Assembly (NCBI GenBank): GCA_965248575.1
Contig: CBDFJQ010000002.1
Coordinates: 3,072,001 to 3,136,000, forward strand
DNA: 64,000 nt
Direction of reading: 5' to 3'
Source: Planctomycetota bacterium
Lineage (GTDB): Bacteria; Planctomycetota; B15-G4
Positions 1 through 9,957 of the stretch are shown here, piece after piece. The first letter of the stretch is position 1, and every line of letters begins with the position of its first letter. A program made the translations under genes and the position numbers. The notes below the pieces were generated by a model, which was not told the DNA's origin, did not search any database, and saw nothing but the letters and a program-made list of their open reading frames with translations.

Positions 1-1359
1 AGGCTCTACCGGACACAAGCCAGCGGCTGACGCGAGGGCGTGCACCACGAGCCCGGCCTGGCGCCGCTCTCGTCGGCTGGCGTTGGGAGAGATCCAGGTC
101 TCCAGCAGGGAGAAGTCCCGACGCACGGCGGCCGCCACGCTGCGATCCCCGAGACGCAAGAGCATCGCCGCCGCCAGAAGGCGCGTGGCACCATCCTGGC
201 TGAAGAGCTCCGAGCGGTAGCGGGATTCCAGGCCGTCCAGCACATCCATGTCGTCGAAGGTGAGGTTCTTGGGCGGCTCGATACGCCACGTGGGGTCGCC
301 GTAGAGCAGATGGTCGGCCCACAGCAACCGATCCTCACCGTAGCGCTCCGCCACCGACTGCCGCGCCCGCTCCATGGCGGCGCCGATGGTGTCGCCGGCA
401 CCCAGGCTGCGATGGAAGCTGCGCGCGAAGTTTCGCGCCACCTCATCGCGCACCTCCCACAGGGTGCCCACCACATGACGCACTCCGGCCAGCAACAGCG
501 CAGAAGCCACGCCCGCCGCGCCTTCCGGCCCCGCGAGGCCGCGGCCGGCACCCGTGCCGGCACCGGTCGCCCGGCTCTCATCCGCCGAGCTGCAGGCGTT
601 CAGGAAGACCAAGCCCGGCATGTTCACGCGACCCGCCACCTGCTCGATGAGGCTGGCGGTCAAGGCTCCATCTGCGAGGCGCAGCTGCGCCTCGCCCGTC
701 TGCGCGTCGTAGTCCGCGTGCCCCGCGTAGTGCAGGACATCGAAGCGTGGCAACTCATCCCGGATGGTCCGCAACGTGACCCGCCCGGTGAGCGTGGTGA
801 CGGGCCCGATCGCCGGAGAATCTTCCAGGATGCGCTCCACCTCGCGCGCCTCCTCCTGTGCTGCCGGAAGATCCCCGGAGGGGTCCGCCACGATCAGCAC
901 CGAGAGCGGAGGCGACATCTGGCGTTGCATGGGAGGCGAGGCCTCGGCATCCATGCTGACGAGGCGCCCCATACGGAAGCGCCGGCCGAGAAAGTCGTCG
1001 CCGTCGTGCAGCAGTTCCCAGGGGATGCTCACCAAGGGCTTGTCCAGGTGCAGCAAGAGGTTGGGCCCGCGCGCTTCCTGCAGCTTCTCCTTCAAGAAGC
1101 TCGGCAGCAGGTCGACATAGATGGCTCGCCCCGCTTCCACCAGCTCGTCCAGCAAGCCCGTCTGCCCGGCGTTGGCACGCGACAGGATGGCCAGGATCTC
1201 CTGGGCACGATCCGCCACCAGAGCGGAGTGGAAGGGGCAGGTGCGCGAGGTCTTGATGGTGCTCTCGAGCGCCGAGCCCTCCTTGAAGGGCGTCACCCGG
1301 ATGCTGTTCTCCGATTGCCAGAGAACCTGCAGCGTCACCTTGGGTTCACGTACGGGCAT
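1..1359 (-). CDS. CHAT-domain (caspase-like clan CD) protease, 3'-partial (runs off window edge)
   Basis: Missing from the ORF track because it has no stop in the window. Manual translation from ATG at 1359 (MPVREPKVTLQVLW...) is open to base 1. It contains CHAT motifs IPWELLHD, VLIVADPSGDL, VLHYAGH (catalytic His), VFLNAC (catalytic Cys), VGTLWEV and LYGDP. Confidence 0.9.
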   Translation of the reverse strand, partial: MPVREPKVTLQVLWQSENSIRVTPFKEGSALESTIKTSRTCPFHSALVADRAQEILAILSRANAGQTGLLDELVEAGRAIYVDLLPSFLKEKLQEARGPNLLLHLDKPLVSIPWELLHDGDDFLGRRFRMGRLVSMDAEASPPMQRQMSPPLSVLIVADPSGDLPAAQEEAREVERILEDSPAIGPVTTLTGRVTLRTIRDELPRFDVLHYAGHADYDAQTGEAQLRLADGALTASLIEQVAGRVNMPGLVFLNACSSADESRATGAGTGAGRGLAGPEGAAGVASALLLAGVRHVVGTLWEVRDEVARNFARSFHRSLGAGDTIGAAMERARQSVAERYGEDRLLWADHLLYGDPTWRIEPPKNLTFDDMDVLDGLESRYRSELFSQDGATRLLAAAMLLRLGDRSVAAAVRRDFSLLETWISPNASRRERRQAGLVVHALASAAGLCPVEP

Positions 1360-1386
1360 CAGCGACCGGACCAGCGGGCCTTCGGG

Positions 1387-3096
1387 TCAGGGGATCACGG
1401 CGAACAGCGGCGAGCCGGTCGCACTCACACCCTCAATGCGCTCCACGGCACCGGTCTCGACGAAGACACGATGCACAAGGCCACTGGAAGCGCCCAGCAT
1501 CAAGACCACCTCCGGACCGGCAGCCAACAGTCGCTTGGCCTCCGGCATCATGCTCAACCAGGGGCTCAAGCCACGCCCGGCATCCCAGACCTCCAGGCGC
1601 CAGGTGGGTTGTCCGGCCCCGGTCTCATCCGCCACCAGGACGGCGGCGCCGCCGGGAATCGGCGCGGCATCCAAGATGCGGCCCGGGCCCTCCAAGCGAT
1701 CGGCGATGGCCGGCACGCCATCCTCCACGACCACCAGCATGTTCGCCGTTTCGACGGATTCGGCCGAGGGGATCACCAGCAGCCGGCCGTCACCCAGGCT
1801 CAGCAGCCGCACCGGATCCAGCTCCAGCTCGAAAGACGTCAGCCAGCCCGTGTCGAGGTCCAGGACCGTCAAGCTGCCTGGCCGGCCATCGGCCCGCCGG
1901 CTGGCCACGTAGAGGTGACGCCCCTCCAAGACCATGTCGGCCAGGGACTGATCGCCCGGCAGCCCTGCGCTGAACATGCTGTGGGATGTGCCCCCGAGCA
2001 TGTCGATCTGCCGCACCAGCAGATCGTCCTCGGCGACGAAGGCCGTGAAGCCGTCGTGCGCGATGGCCCAGCGCCTGCCCGACATGACTTCCGCCATGGG
2101 GTCCAGGCTCAGGTCTTCCCGTCCGTCCAGGAAGGACACGCGGCCGGGTGGCGCGAAGGGTGAACCCTCGGGGCGAACCACCGCGAAGGCAGGTCCCGTG
2201 GACGCCGCGTGCGCCAGATCGTTGCTGTCGGGGTCGAGGTGCGTGACGGCGAAGGGGCTACCGCCCCAGTTCCTGGCCGACCAGCTCTCGAGCTGACCGC
2301 CATCGCGCAGCAGGTACCCCAGGAAACCGTCCCGGGAAAACGCTGCGGCCAAGAGCCCGCCCGCGCCAGGAATCGGCGGATGCAGCAGCGAGCCGTCGCG
2401 CAAGTCGATGCGAACCACGTGGTTCTCACCAGGCAGCAGCAAGGTCGGCGGTTGCACCATGAGGGAGAGTGGCTTCGAGACCCGGCCCTCCGTGTCCTTG
2501 AAGACGAGGTCGAGGCTGCGCTCGACATCCAGCGGATCGTCGAGCTCGATCACCAGCGTCACGCGGCCCCATTCGTCGCTCACCGTGCGACGTTGCAGCA
2601 TCTCCAACGTCTCGTCCGGATGCGGCACGAACAGCTGAAGGTTGTCGAGAACTTCCACGACCGAGGGCGGAGCCACCGTCGGCGAGGCCAGCAACACCTC
2701 CACGGGCGAGGACGGCCAGAAGCCCTCCGCCACGATGCGTAGCACGCCGCCCGCCTCGGGGAAGGAGTGGTGCACCGCCAAGCCCTGGCCCGTCGCACCC
2801 CGGCTCTCTAGCCCAGCCGGCAACTGAGCCGATGCGCCTGACGCCAATCCCATCACCAGGCCCATCACCAGGACCATCCAGAGGCCCGAAGAGAACCCCA
2901 CGGGGAGGCCCAACCCAAGGACGGGGGCCGGTGGGCTCCATCTCGGATCCTGGCGCCCTCGAGAGGGGCTCGACCGGTGGGCGTCCGCGTGGTTCAGGGC
3001 ATGCATGCGCTGGAGAATACCTTGCTCGGGCTGCGACTGTGGGATCGGAGAGATGGCCCGACCAAGGCGAGGACGGCCAGTGAGGCCGGGCATCAC
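1387..3096 (-). CDS. Secreted protein with Ig-like N-region and C-terminal beta-propeller-like repeats (start uncertain, probably downstream of 3096)
   Basis: Signal-peptide-like segment ending ASGASA-Q; repeated short beta strands (HLYVASRR, LTVLDLDTG, VHRVFVETG); co-directional with neighbours. Confidence 0.65.
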   Translation of the reverse strand: MMPGLTGRPRLGRAISPIPQSQPEQGILQRMHALNHADAHRSSPSRGRQDPRWSPPAPVLGLGLPVGFSSGLWMVLVMGLVMGLASGASAQLPAGLESRGATGQGLAVHHSFPEAGGVLRIVAEGFWPSSPVEVLLASPTVAPPSVVEVLDNLQLFVPHPDETLEMLQRRTVSDEWGRVTLVIELDDPLDVERSLDLVFKDTEGRVSKPLSLMVQPPTLLLPGENHVVRIDLRDGSLLHPPIPGAGGLLAAAFSRDGFLGYLLRDGGQLESWSARNWGGSPFAVTHLDPDSNDLAHAASTGPAFAVVRPEGSPFAPPGRVSFLDGREDLSLDPMAEVMSGRRWAIAHDGFTAFVAEDDLLVRQIDMLGGTSHSMFSAGLPGDQSLADMVLEGRHLYVASRRADGRPGSLTVLDLDTGWLTSFELELDPVRLLSLGDGRLLVIPSAESVETANMLVVVEDGVPAIADRLEGPGRILDAAPIPGGAAVLVADETGAGQPTWRLEVWDAGRGLSPWLSMMPEAKRLLAAGPEVVLMLGASSGLVHRVFVETGAVERIEGVSATGSPLFAVIP

Positions 3097-3102
3097 GCCC
3101 CC

Positions 3103-4725
3103 CTATCGGCCATTCGACGCCGGAGCCTGACCGAAGCGGACAGGCTGTTCCGGGTGCATGGAGGCCGCACGGGTGAGCAAGGTGACCAAATTGGCCACTT
3201 TGAGCACCTTCCGGATATCGATCTTGTCCACCGTGTCCGTGGGCTTGTGGTAGTCCTCGTGCTCACCCGCAAAAAAGAAGATCACGGGGATTCCGGCGTT
3301 CGAGAAGTTCACGTGGTCGGAGCGGTAGTAGTAGTCGTCCACCCGACGCCGCAGGTCGCCCAGGCCCTGCTCCCACTCGAGCTTGATGCCGGCCTCGGGG
3401 GCGAGGCTCTCCGCCAGGCTGACGAGGCTGTTGTACTCGGGGTGCGTGGGCGAGGGGGTCGCGCCGATGGTGCCCGACTCGTTTCGGCCCACCATGTCGA
3501 TGTTGATGTTGGCGACGACCTTCCCGATGTCGACCGTGGGGTTGTCGACCCACCACTCCGAACCGAGCAGCCCCTTCTCCTCGCCGGTGACGCCCAGAAC
3601 CAGCACGCTGCGACCGAGGAGCCTGGGGTCCCGCGCCAAGGCCTGGGCGACCATCAGCACCGTGGTGGTCCCGGTCGCATTGTCGTCGGCACCGTTGTAG
3701 ATGTTGCCGGCATCATCGATGCCCACGTGATCCATGTGCGCCGACAGCACGATCATCTCGTCGGCCAGGTCCGGGTTGGAGCCCCGCAGCAAGCCCACGG
3801 TGTTGGAGCTCGAAAGCTCGGTGGCCGTGACCGGTGCAGCCAAGGAGAGGCTCACTCCGTCCAGGGGGAAGCCCCCTTGGCCAGCCGTCACGGCACGCGC
3901 TTCGTAGGCGGCGTCAAAGTCCTTCCCAGCAGCGCTGAAGATCTGAGCGGCGGCGGCGGGCTCCAGGTAGAGCCGAGGGAAGGGCTGGGCCATCTGTTCT
4001 GCGCCGCCCAAGGTCATCGACTCACCGCGCATGCGCGCCTTGGCGAAACGAAACCACTGGTCGGCCCGAGGATCGTCGGGGGCATTGATGAGGATCATGC
4101 CCACCGCACCCAGGGTCTTGGCGCGGGCCTGCTTGGCGCGCCAGTTGGAGGCGACGATGAGCGTGGGCTCCGTCTCTTCCAGAGTGGGTGCGCCACCGAA
4201 GACCATGACCAACTTGCCGCTCACATCGAGACCGGCGAAATCGTTCACGCCCGTCGTCTCGTCGTAGAGACCGTGGCCGGCGAACACCACGTCCGCCTGC
4301 ACTTCGTAACCGGCGCCACCGTATCCGCGCACCGCGTAATCATCGTCGGGTGCGAAAGCCTTCACGAGATCCTCGCCCTGCATGAGATCAAAACGCAGGG
4401 CGTCCACGTCGAGGCTCGTAAGCATCAAGGGGTAGGTCTGGATGAAGGTGCCGTTGTCACCCGCGGGCTCGAAGCCGTACATCCGCAGCTGGGCCGCAAC
4501 GTACTGCGCGGTGATCTCAGCCTGGACCGTGGCCGTGTCACGCCCTCCCATGGCATCGGACGCCAGGAAACTGAGGTGGGCTTGGAGTTGGCGCAGCGCT
4601 GCATCCTCGGCGGCGCTCGTGGTCGAGGCCGCGGGGAAGCTGGCGTACTGTTCGAGATCGTTCTGTTGCGCCGAGGCGGGCAGCGCGACAAGCAGGAGCG
4701 TGGGGAGGATGAGAAGGGCGCGCAA
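3103..4725 (-). CDS. M28 family metallopeptidase with PA domain, secreted
   Basis: Signal peptide; LASDAMGGR; zinc-ligand motifs SAHMDH, GADDNATG, GEEKGLLGS, NIDMVGR, RSDH, DYHKPTD. Confidence 0.93.
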   Translation of the reverse strand: MRALLILPTLLLVALPASAQQNDLEQYASFPAASTTSAAEDAALRQLQAHLSFLASDAMGGRDTATVQAEITAQYVAAQLRMYGFEPAGDNGTFIQTYPLMLTSLDVDALRFDLMQGEDLVKAFAPDDDYAVRGYGGAGYEVQADVVFAGHGLYDETTGVNDFAGLDVSGKLVMVFGGAPTLEETEPTLIVASNWRAKQARAKTLGAVGMILINAPDDPRADQWFRFAKARMRGESMTLGGAEQMAQPFPRLYLEPAAAAQIFSAAGKDFDAAYEARAVTAGQGGFPLDGVSLSLAAPVTATELSSSNTVGLLRGSNPDLADEMIVLSAHMDHVGIDDAGNIYNGADDNATGTTTVLMVAQALARDPRLLGRSVLVLGVTGEEKGLLGSEWWVDNPTVDIGKVVANINIDMVGRNESGTIGATPSPTHPEYNSLVSLAESLAPEAGIKLEWEQGLGDLRRRVDDYYYRSDHVNFSNAGIPVIFFFAGEHEDYHKPTDTVDKIDIRKVLKVANLVTLLTRAASMHPEQPVRFGQAPASNGR

Positions 4726-4757
4726 GAGTCACTCCTGATGATGAATGTGCGGGAGGT

Positions 4758-6026
4758 TCAGCCGTCGGCGATCTCGAGTCGCTTCACACGGCCGCCCGCA
4801 ATGTACATGAGAGCGTCCTCCTGCCCGACGAACACGGGGCCCTGGCCGGAGCGCCCGCCCTGCCGGTGGGCAACATGGATGGCAGCCCGATCTGGTTCCT
4901 CGAAGGCCATGAGGTAGAGATCCTCCATGGGAGCCTCCGGGCTGCGCTCGTCAAACTCCGACTGGACGTAGACCAGCAGCAGGTCGTCGCGGGAGACCGC
5001 CGGGGCGTAGTGGTGGACGTAGCCCCCACCAAAACTCCAGCGACCACCGCCCGAGAGGTGGGTCTGGAAGATCTGGAGATACCCATGCTGGTCGCGCTGG
5101 GGCGCCACGAGGACGGCGGCTGGCCCGGCCTCAGAGGGCATCTCCCGTAAGCCCACCGCGAAGGGCAGCCGCTCGTGATGCCCCAGGTTGCCCTCGGCCA
5201 TGAAGCGCAAGGTCCCGGACTCCAGCTCCAGGCGCCACAGTCCTTTCACCTTTCCGTCTACGATCAGGGCGTCCCCGCTGGGCGAGAACACGGCCCTTGG
5301 CCCCACACAACCCGTGGCAATCCGGCGCGAGGCGGGTCCGTCGGAGCCGAAGCTCCAAGCCTCCCAGCCTTGGGTCCCCAGGAACGCGACGGCCCGCCGC
5401 GAGCTGCTGAGCAGGATCTGCTCCAGCTCGAGGCCGCCCTGGGGCCTGGCCTCCCGCTCGTCGGTCTGCAGCAACGCCCAACCGTGCCCCCCGCCGTTGG
5501 CAGACAACTCCTTGGGCGCGCTCTGGGCTTGGTCGGCTCCCTGGGAACTGTGGTGGATGATGAGACGCGGACCGGCCGGTGATGCCCAAAGCAAGACGGG
5601 CTCGTCCGCGGCGTCGACTCCCACGAGGGTCAGGCGATCCACCGAGAGGGACTTGGGCGCCACGGCTGGCGGCTGAGGGCCGTCCCCCGTCGGGTCTCTC
5701 GGCAACTCAAGCTTGCGCAAGTAGGCGCCATCCTGGAGGCACACCAGACCGTTCTCGTGCAGCGCGTGAACGATGCCCTCGGAATCGATGACAGGCCAGC
5801 CACGCAGCCCGTCGGGCAGGGCGAAGGTCGACCTGGGATCCTTGGCCGAGGCCGGCACAACTCTCCAGTGCCCGGCCGCATCACCCACGATGGCGAACTC
5901 CGCGCCCTCACGGGTGAGGATTCGAGTTCCCGGACCGAGATCCAAGACCCGCACAGGGGAGCGGGTGAGCCACCACGCCACACTCAGCAGGAAAGCCACA
6001 GCGAGAATTGTCAGCAGTCGGCGCAT
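4758..6026 (-). CDS. Membrane-anchored TolB-like beta-propeller protein
   Basis: Start reassigned to ATG 6026 (MRRLLTILAVAFLLSVAWWL, N-terminal TM). PD40-like motifs AVFSPSGDAL, YAPAVSRDD and GPVFVG. Confidence 0.65.
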   Translation of the reverse strand: MRRLLTILAVAFLLSVAWWLTRSPVRVLDLGPGTRILTREGAEFAIVGDAAGHWRVVPASAKDPRSTFALPDGLRGWPVIDSEGIVHALHENGLVCLQDGAYLRKLELPRDPTGDGPQPPAVAPKSLSVDRLTLVGVDAADEPVLLWASPAGPRLIIHHSSQGADQAQSAPKELSANGGGHGWALLQTDEREARPQGGLELEQILLSSSRRAVAFLGTQGWEAWSFGSDGPASRRIATGCVGPRAVFSPSGDALIVDGKVKGLWRLELESGTLRFMAEGNLGHHERLPFAVGLREMPSEAGPAAVLVAPQRDQHGYLQIFQTHLSGGGRWSFGGGYVHHYAPAVSRDDLLLVYVQSEFDERSPEAPMEDLYLMAFEEPDRAAIHVAHRQGGRSGQGPVFVGQEDALMYIAGGRVKRLEIADG

Positions 6027-6101
6027 GCCATCTTTTCTGTCGGTCGAAAGGCGTGTCTGGGTGCCCGACCTTCCAACGTAGCGTTTGCTAGCCTCTGCCG
6101 G

Positions 6102-7712
6102 ATGTCTCTCCGGCTCGTCCTTCTCTTCGTCGTCGCCCACGGCCTCGCGGGTTACGCCTTTCTGAAAGATGTCGGTCCCGGCTTTCCGCTGGATGACACC
6201 TGGCTGCACATGGTCTACGCCCAATCCTTCGGCGAGGGCCGGGGATTCGCCTTCAACCCAGGGCAACCCGAAACAGGGATCACAGCTCCCATCTGGACCG
6301 CCATGCTGTCCGTCCCGGTGGTGCTTTCGCAGCTCGCCTCGGAGCACCAGGGCCTGCTCAAGCTCCTGCCCTGGACCGGGGATCTGCCCTTCGACGGTCG
6401 GCCGGATTTCCTGGTCCGGATGCTGGGCGGCCTCATGGGCTTGCTGACGGCCCTTGCCGGCTATCGCCTGACCAGCGGGGCGGGTCGCTGGCCCGCGGCC
6501 TTCACCGCCGTCGTCCTGACCTTTGATGCCACCCTTCTGTTCGACCGCTTCGCCGGCATGGAGATCCCGCTCTTCAGCCTCGGCACCATGCTCTACATCG
6601 GCGCTCTGCTCGACGGTCGGGTCGGGCGCTCGGGGCTCCTGGCTGGGCTCCTGGCGCTGATTCGACCTGAGGGACTGCTGCTCAGCGTGCTCGGCGCCGG
6701 CTGGTTCGCCAAGCGCAAGCTGAGCGTCACCCGCTTCTTGGGTGTAGTGGCCCTCTGCATCCTGCCCTGGATGACCTACTGCTTCATCCTCTCCGGCCGA
6801 CCCTGGCCCGCCACCTTCGACGCCAAGGCGGCCATGGTGCTCGAGCCGCGCATGCTGTTCGCGTCCGTGGGTGCCTTGCTGAATGACAGCGGCTGGGGTT
6901 GGGCGCTACCCCTCGCCTCCCTGGTGGGCATCTTCTCGCTCGAGGGCGGCCGCCACTCCCTGGGCGTGCTCACCGCGGCGGCCGCGGGCCTGCTGCTGGG
7001 GGGCGTCCTGCTCTCGCGCCCGATGCAGATCGCGGGAGAGACGGACGTCATCCCGTACTACTGGGCGCGCTACACCCACATCGCCTGGCCCCTGCTGCTG
7101 ATCATGGGCGCCACCGGTCTGTCGGCCTTGACCCGCACCGCCTACGCCGGCCTGCGTTGTCGGCCCCACTACGCCCTGCTACTCATCGCTCCCTTCCTGG
7201 TGCTGTCCTGGTTCGGGCGCGACCTGTTCGCCCACGGCAGCGGCATGAGCGCGCGTTTCGCCGACCAATGTGACCACGTGGAGAGGCAGAACGTCGCGGC
7301 GGGATACTGGATCGCCGACCACACCCCCAAGAGGTCCGTGGTCGCCACCCATGATGCAGGGGCAATCCGTTTCTTCGGAAAGCGCAAGGTGGTCGACATC
7401 TTTGGGCACCAGAACTTCAAGTTGCTGGCAGCCGAACGCGCAGGCCCCGAACTGGCGAGGCACTGGCTCCTGGACACCAAGCCCGATGTGCTCGCAGTCT
7501 TTCCTGCACTCTGGGCGCGCAACCACAGCCCGGAGCTCAAGCAGATCTGGGCCCAACAATCTCCCCAGGACGGCGCGCAGCTGATGATGGCTTCGGACGA
7601 TTACGCCGAGTTCTTCGGGCTCACCCAGCGCGTGAAGACCTTCCACGTTGAGCACCCCTCCACGGTGCCCAGCCCGCTGCACGCCGACCTGGCGATTTTC
7701 GTCGCACCATGA
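6102..7712 (+). CDS. GT-C fold integral membrane glycosyltransferase (putative)
   Basis: Start at ATG 6102. First loop carries PLDDTWLHMVYA...FNPG..TG.TAP (acidic DD motif); GME and IRPEG motifs; many TM helices; C-terminal DAGAIRFF..VVDIFG domain. Confidence 0.75.
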   Translation: MSLRLVLLFVVAHGLAGYAFLKDVGPGFPLDDTWLHMVYAQSFGEGRGFAFNPGQPETGITAPIWTAMLSVPVVLSQLASEHQGLLKLLPWTGDLPFDGRPDFLVRMLGGLMGLLTALAGYRLTSGAGRWPAAFTAVVLTFDATLLFDRFAGMEIPLFSLGTMLYIGALLDGRVGRSGLLAGLLALIRPEGLLLSVLGAGWFAKRKLSVTRFLGVVALCILPWMTYCFILSGRPWPATFDAKAAMVLEPRMLFASVGALLNDSGWGWALPLASLVGIFSLEGGRHSLGVLTAAAAGLLLGGVLLSRPMQIAGETDVIPYYWARYTHIAWPLLLIMGATGLSALTRTAYAGLRCRPHYALLLIAPFLVLSWFGRDLFAHGSGMSARFADQCDHVERQNVAAGYWIADHTPKRSVVATHDAGAIRFFGKRKVVDIFGHQNFKLLAAERAGPELARHWLLDTKPDVLAVFPALWARNHSPELKQIWAQQSPQDGAQLMMASDDYAEFFGLTQRVKTFHVEHPSTVPSPLHADLAIFVAP

Positions 7713-9925
7713 GTTCGGTCGCGGGCTCGAGCGACGCGGCTCGGGAGTCGCCATCCGTGGGGATCGAGAGGCTTGCGAAGTGGCAGCTGCTCGCCATCGT
7801 GCTGCTGGCGCTCGTGGTGCGGGTGGGCTTCGAAGTCTCCCTACGCAGTGACGACGGCGCGGCGGGCGCCTTGGCTGCCCACCTCCTGGGGGACGAGCGG
7901 GCCTACGATGCGTTCGCCCGGGCCAGCGCGGATGGCAGCCTGGATCGCGAACGGGCCTTCTATCAGGAGCCCGCCTACGCCTGGCTCCTGGGGCGGGTGT
8001 ATTCGCTGTGGCCTCCCACAGACGTGCCCAACGAGGCGGCGGTGATCGCCCGGGATGCCGTGCGCGACGGCGTGATCCTGCTCCAACATCTGCTGGGCAT
8101 CCTGCTGGCCGTGACCACGGCGCGGCTGGGGGCGCGTGCCCTGGGGCGCCGGGCGGGTTTCGTGGCCGGGGTGTTCATGGCGCTCTCCGGGCCCACCGTC
8201 TTCCACGAAGCGATGCTGCTCAAGGCCAGCCTCTCGTTGCTGTTGGTCGTCCTGTGCCTCGGCCTCTGGTTGGACGTTCTCGAGCGCCCCACCCGCGGCC
8301 GATCCTTGGTGCTCGGGCTGTGCATGGGCCTGGGGATCATGCTGCGAGGCAACCTCTACCTGCTGCTGGCCCTGGTGCTGGCCTCGTTGGTCCTACGACG
8401 CAGTGCGCGCACGCTGCAGAGCGCTGTGCTCGTGGGTGCCACGGCCCTGGTGGTGATTTCGCCGCTGACGATCCACAACATCCAGCGCGGGGATTGGGTC
8501 CTCACGACCTATCAGGCCGGTACCAATGCCGCCATGGGACAGCCGCCTGGGATCGACCCTGAGCTGGGGCTGATGTACGAGCCCCTGCGAGCGGGGCGCG
8601 GCGACGCCCGCTTCGAGGAAGCCGACGCCGTGGCCCTGGCAGAGGAGGCTGTGGGCGCGCGCCTCGGCGGGCGCGAGGTGTCGTCCTGGTGGTGGGCGCA
8701 GGTGGCGTCCCAGGTGCAGGCCGAACCCGTCGTGGCCCTGCAGCGCATGGGCTGGAAGCTGCTGCATCTCGTGCACGGGCTCGAAGTCCCCGATGTGAAG
8801 GACTGGGCCTTCTTTGCGCAACGCGTGCCTTGGTTGAACACCCCCCTCTCGAACTTCTGGGTGCTGGGCCCGTGGGCACTGCTGGGCCTGATGTTCCTTC
8901 CGTGGCGCCACCGACCGGGTCTGCTGGTGGTGCGAGGTGGCGTCCTGGTCGTGGCCGTGTCGCTCGTGCTGTTCTACGTCATGGGGCGCTACCGCCTGAC
9001 GGCCGTGCCCATGCTCAACATCCTGGCCGCGGGGGCGCTCTGCGCCGGCTGGGACACCCTGCGCTCGCCGGCGGCCAGTTGGCGCAAGGGCCTCGTGCTG
9101 CTGGCCGGCGTCGGCCTACCGCTCGCCATGGCCCAAATCCCCATGCCCACCGCCTCGCAGGGTTTTCCCGTGTCGTGGTCCAATGCCTCGACCATCGAGA
9201 AGGACGCAGCCGTGCGCGCCACGGATCCGGTCGAGGCCAGCTCCCGGCGCGAACGGGCCTTGGCTTGGGCGCGTCGCGCCACGGAGCTCGCCCCGCTGTT
9301 TCCCTCCGCGCGCATGGCGGAGCTGTGGGCCTGCGAAGCGGCCGGCCCTGCCCTCGCCCCCCTGCCGGACGAGGCCCGCGCTGCCGCCTGGCGACTGGCC
9401 CTGCTCATGGAAGGGCTACGCACCGGCAGGGATGTTTCCGCTGCTCTGCGAGGCCCCGAGGCCGCCGTGGCGCAGGCCACGGTGAGCTTGCTCGACCTTC
9501 CCTCCCGCACCGGCAAAGACGCTTTCACCGCCGCTGGCCGGGCCTCCGCAGCCCGTGCCCTGAGCCCACGCCTCAAACCCCAGAGCGTCCCCTACCTGCC
9601 GCCGGAGAACGTTCTGGGGCTGGCGCTGCGCTTTGCTGACCTCGCAGTGCGGTTGGAGCCCGACGAAGCGGTCGCCCTGGTCCAACGGGGCCTCGCCTGG
9701 AAGCGCCTGGGCCGACTGAGCGAAGCCGAGGCCGACTATCGCGCCGCCGCGGTTGCAGGTATCGACAGCGTCAGCCTCCACAACAACCTGGGAAACCTGC
9801 TGCTGGAGACGGGCCGGGCGGCGGAGGCCGAGGCCTCGTTCCTGCGCGCGCTCGAGCACTCCCCCGACGATCCCGTGGTGCTTCGCAACCTCCAACGGGC
9901 ACGAGCAGCCAACGGCAAGACTTGA
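7709..9925 (+). CDS. GT39/PMT-like membrane glycosyltransferase with C-terminal TPR repeats
   Basis: GDERAYD and FYQEPAY first-loop motifs, RGN, RYRL, multiple TMs; TPR repeats at C-terminus (ALVQRGLAW, LHNNLGNLL); ATGA overlap with upstream gene. Confidence 0.8.
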   Translation: MSSVAGSSDAARESPSVGIERLAKWQLLAIVLLALVVRVGFEVSLRSDDGAAGALAAHLLGDERAYDAFARASADGSLDRERAFYQEPAYAWLLGRVYSLWPPTDVPNEAAVIARDAVRDGVILLQHLLGILLAVTTARLGARALGRRAGFVAGVFMALSGPTVFHEAMLLKASLSLLLVVLCLGLWLDVLERPTRGRSLVLGLCMGLGIMLRGNLYLLLALVLASLVLRRSARTLQSAVLVGATALVVISPLTIHNIQRGDWVLTTYQAGTNAAMGQPPGIDPELGLMYEPLRAGRGDARFEEADAVALAEEAVGARLGGREVSSWWWAQVASQVQAEPVVALQRMGWKLLHLVHGLEVPDVKDWAFFAQRVPWLNTPLSNFWVLGPWALLGLMFLPWRHRPGLLVVRGGVLVVAVSLVLFYVMGRYRLTAVPMLNILAAGALCAGWDTLRSPAASWRKGLVLLAGVGLPLAMAQIPMPTASQGFPVSWSNASTIEKDAAVRATDPVEASSRRERALAWARRATELAPLFPSARMAELWACEAAGPALAPLPDEARAAAWRLALLMEGLRTGRDVSAALRGPEAAVAQATVSLLDLPSRTGKDAFTAAGRASAARALSPRLKPQSVPYLPPENVLGLALRFADLAVRLEPDEAVALVQRGLAWKRLGRLSEAEADYRAAAVAGIDSVSLHNNLGNLLLETGRAAEAEASFLRALEHSPDDPVVLRNLQRARAANGKT

Positions 9926-9957
9926 TCGAACCCCGCCGAGTTGGCACACCGGGCGCC

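Noticed and set aside
2849..2884. 12-bp repeat CCCATCACCAGG, two to three copies
   Set aside because: Encodes LVMG-LVMG within a signal peptide; an ordinary coding microrepeat.
40..4917. Long plus-strand ORFs (707 aa at 40-2163, 646 aa at 2977-4917) and similar ones elsewhere (19520-21061, 29706-31295, 44925-47252)
   Set aside because: Antisense shadows of motif-bearing minus-strand genes; His/Arg/Gly-rich with no recognisable domains, as expected in high-GC DNA.
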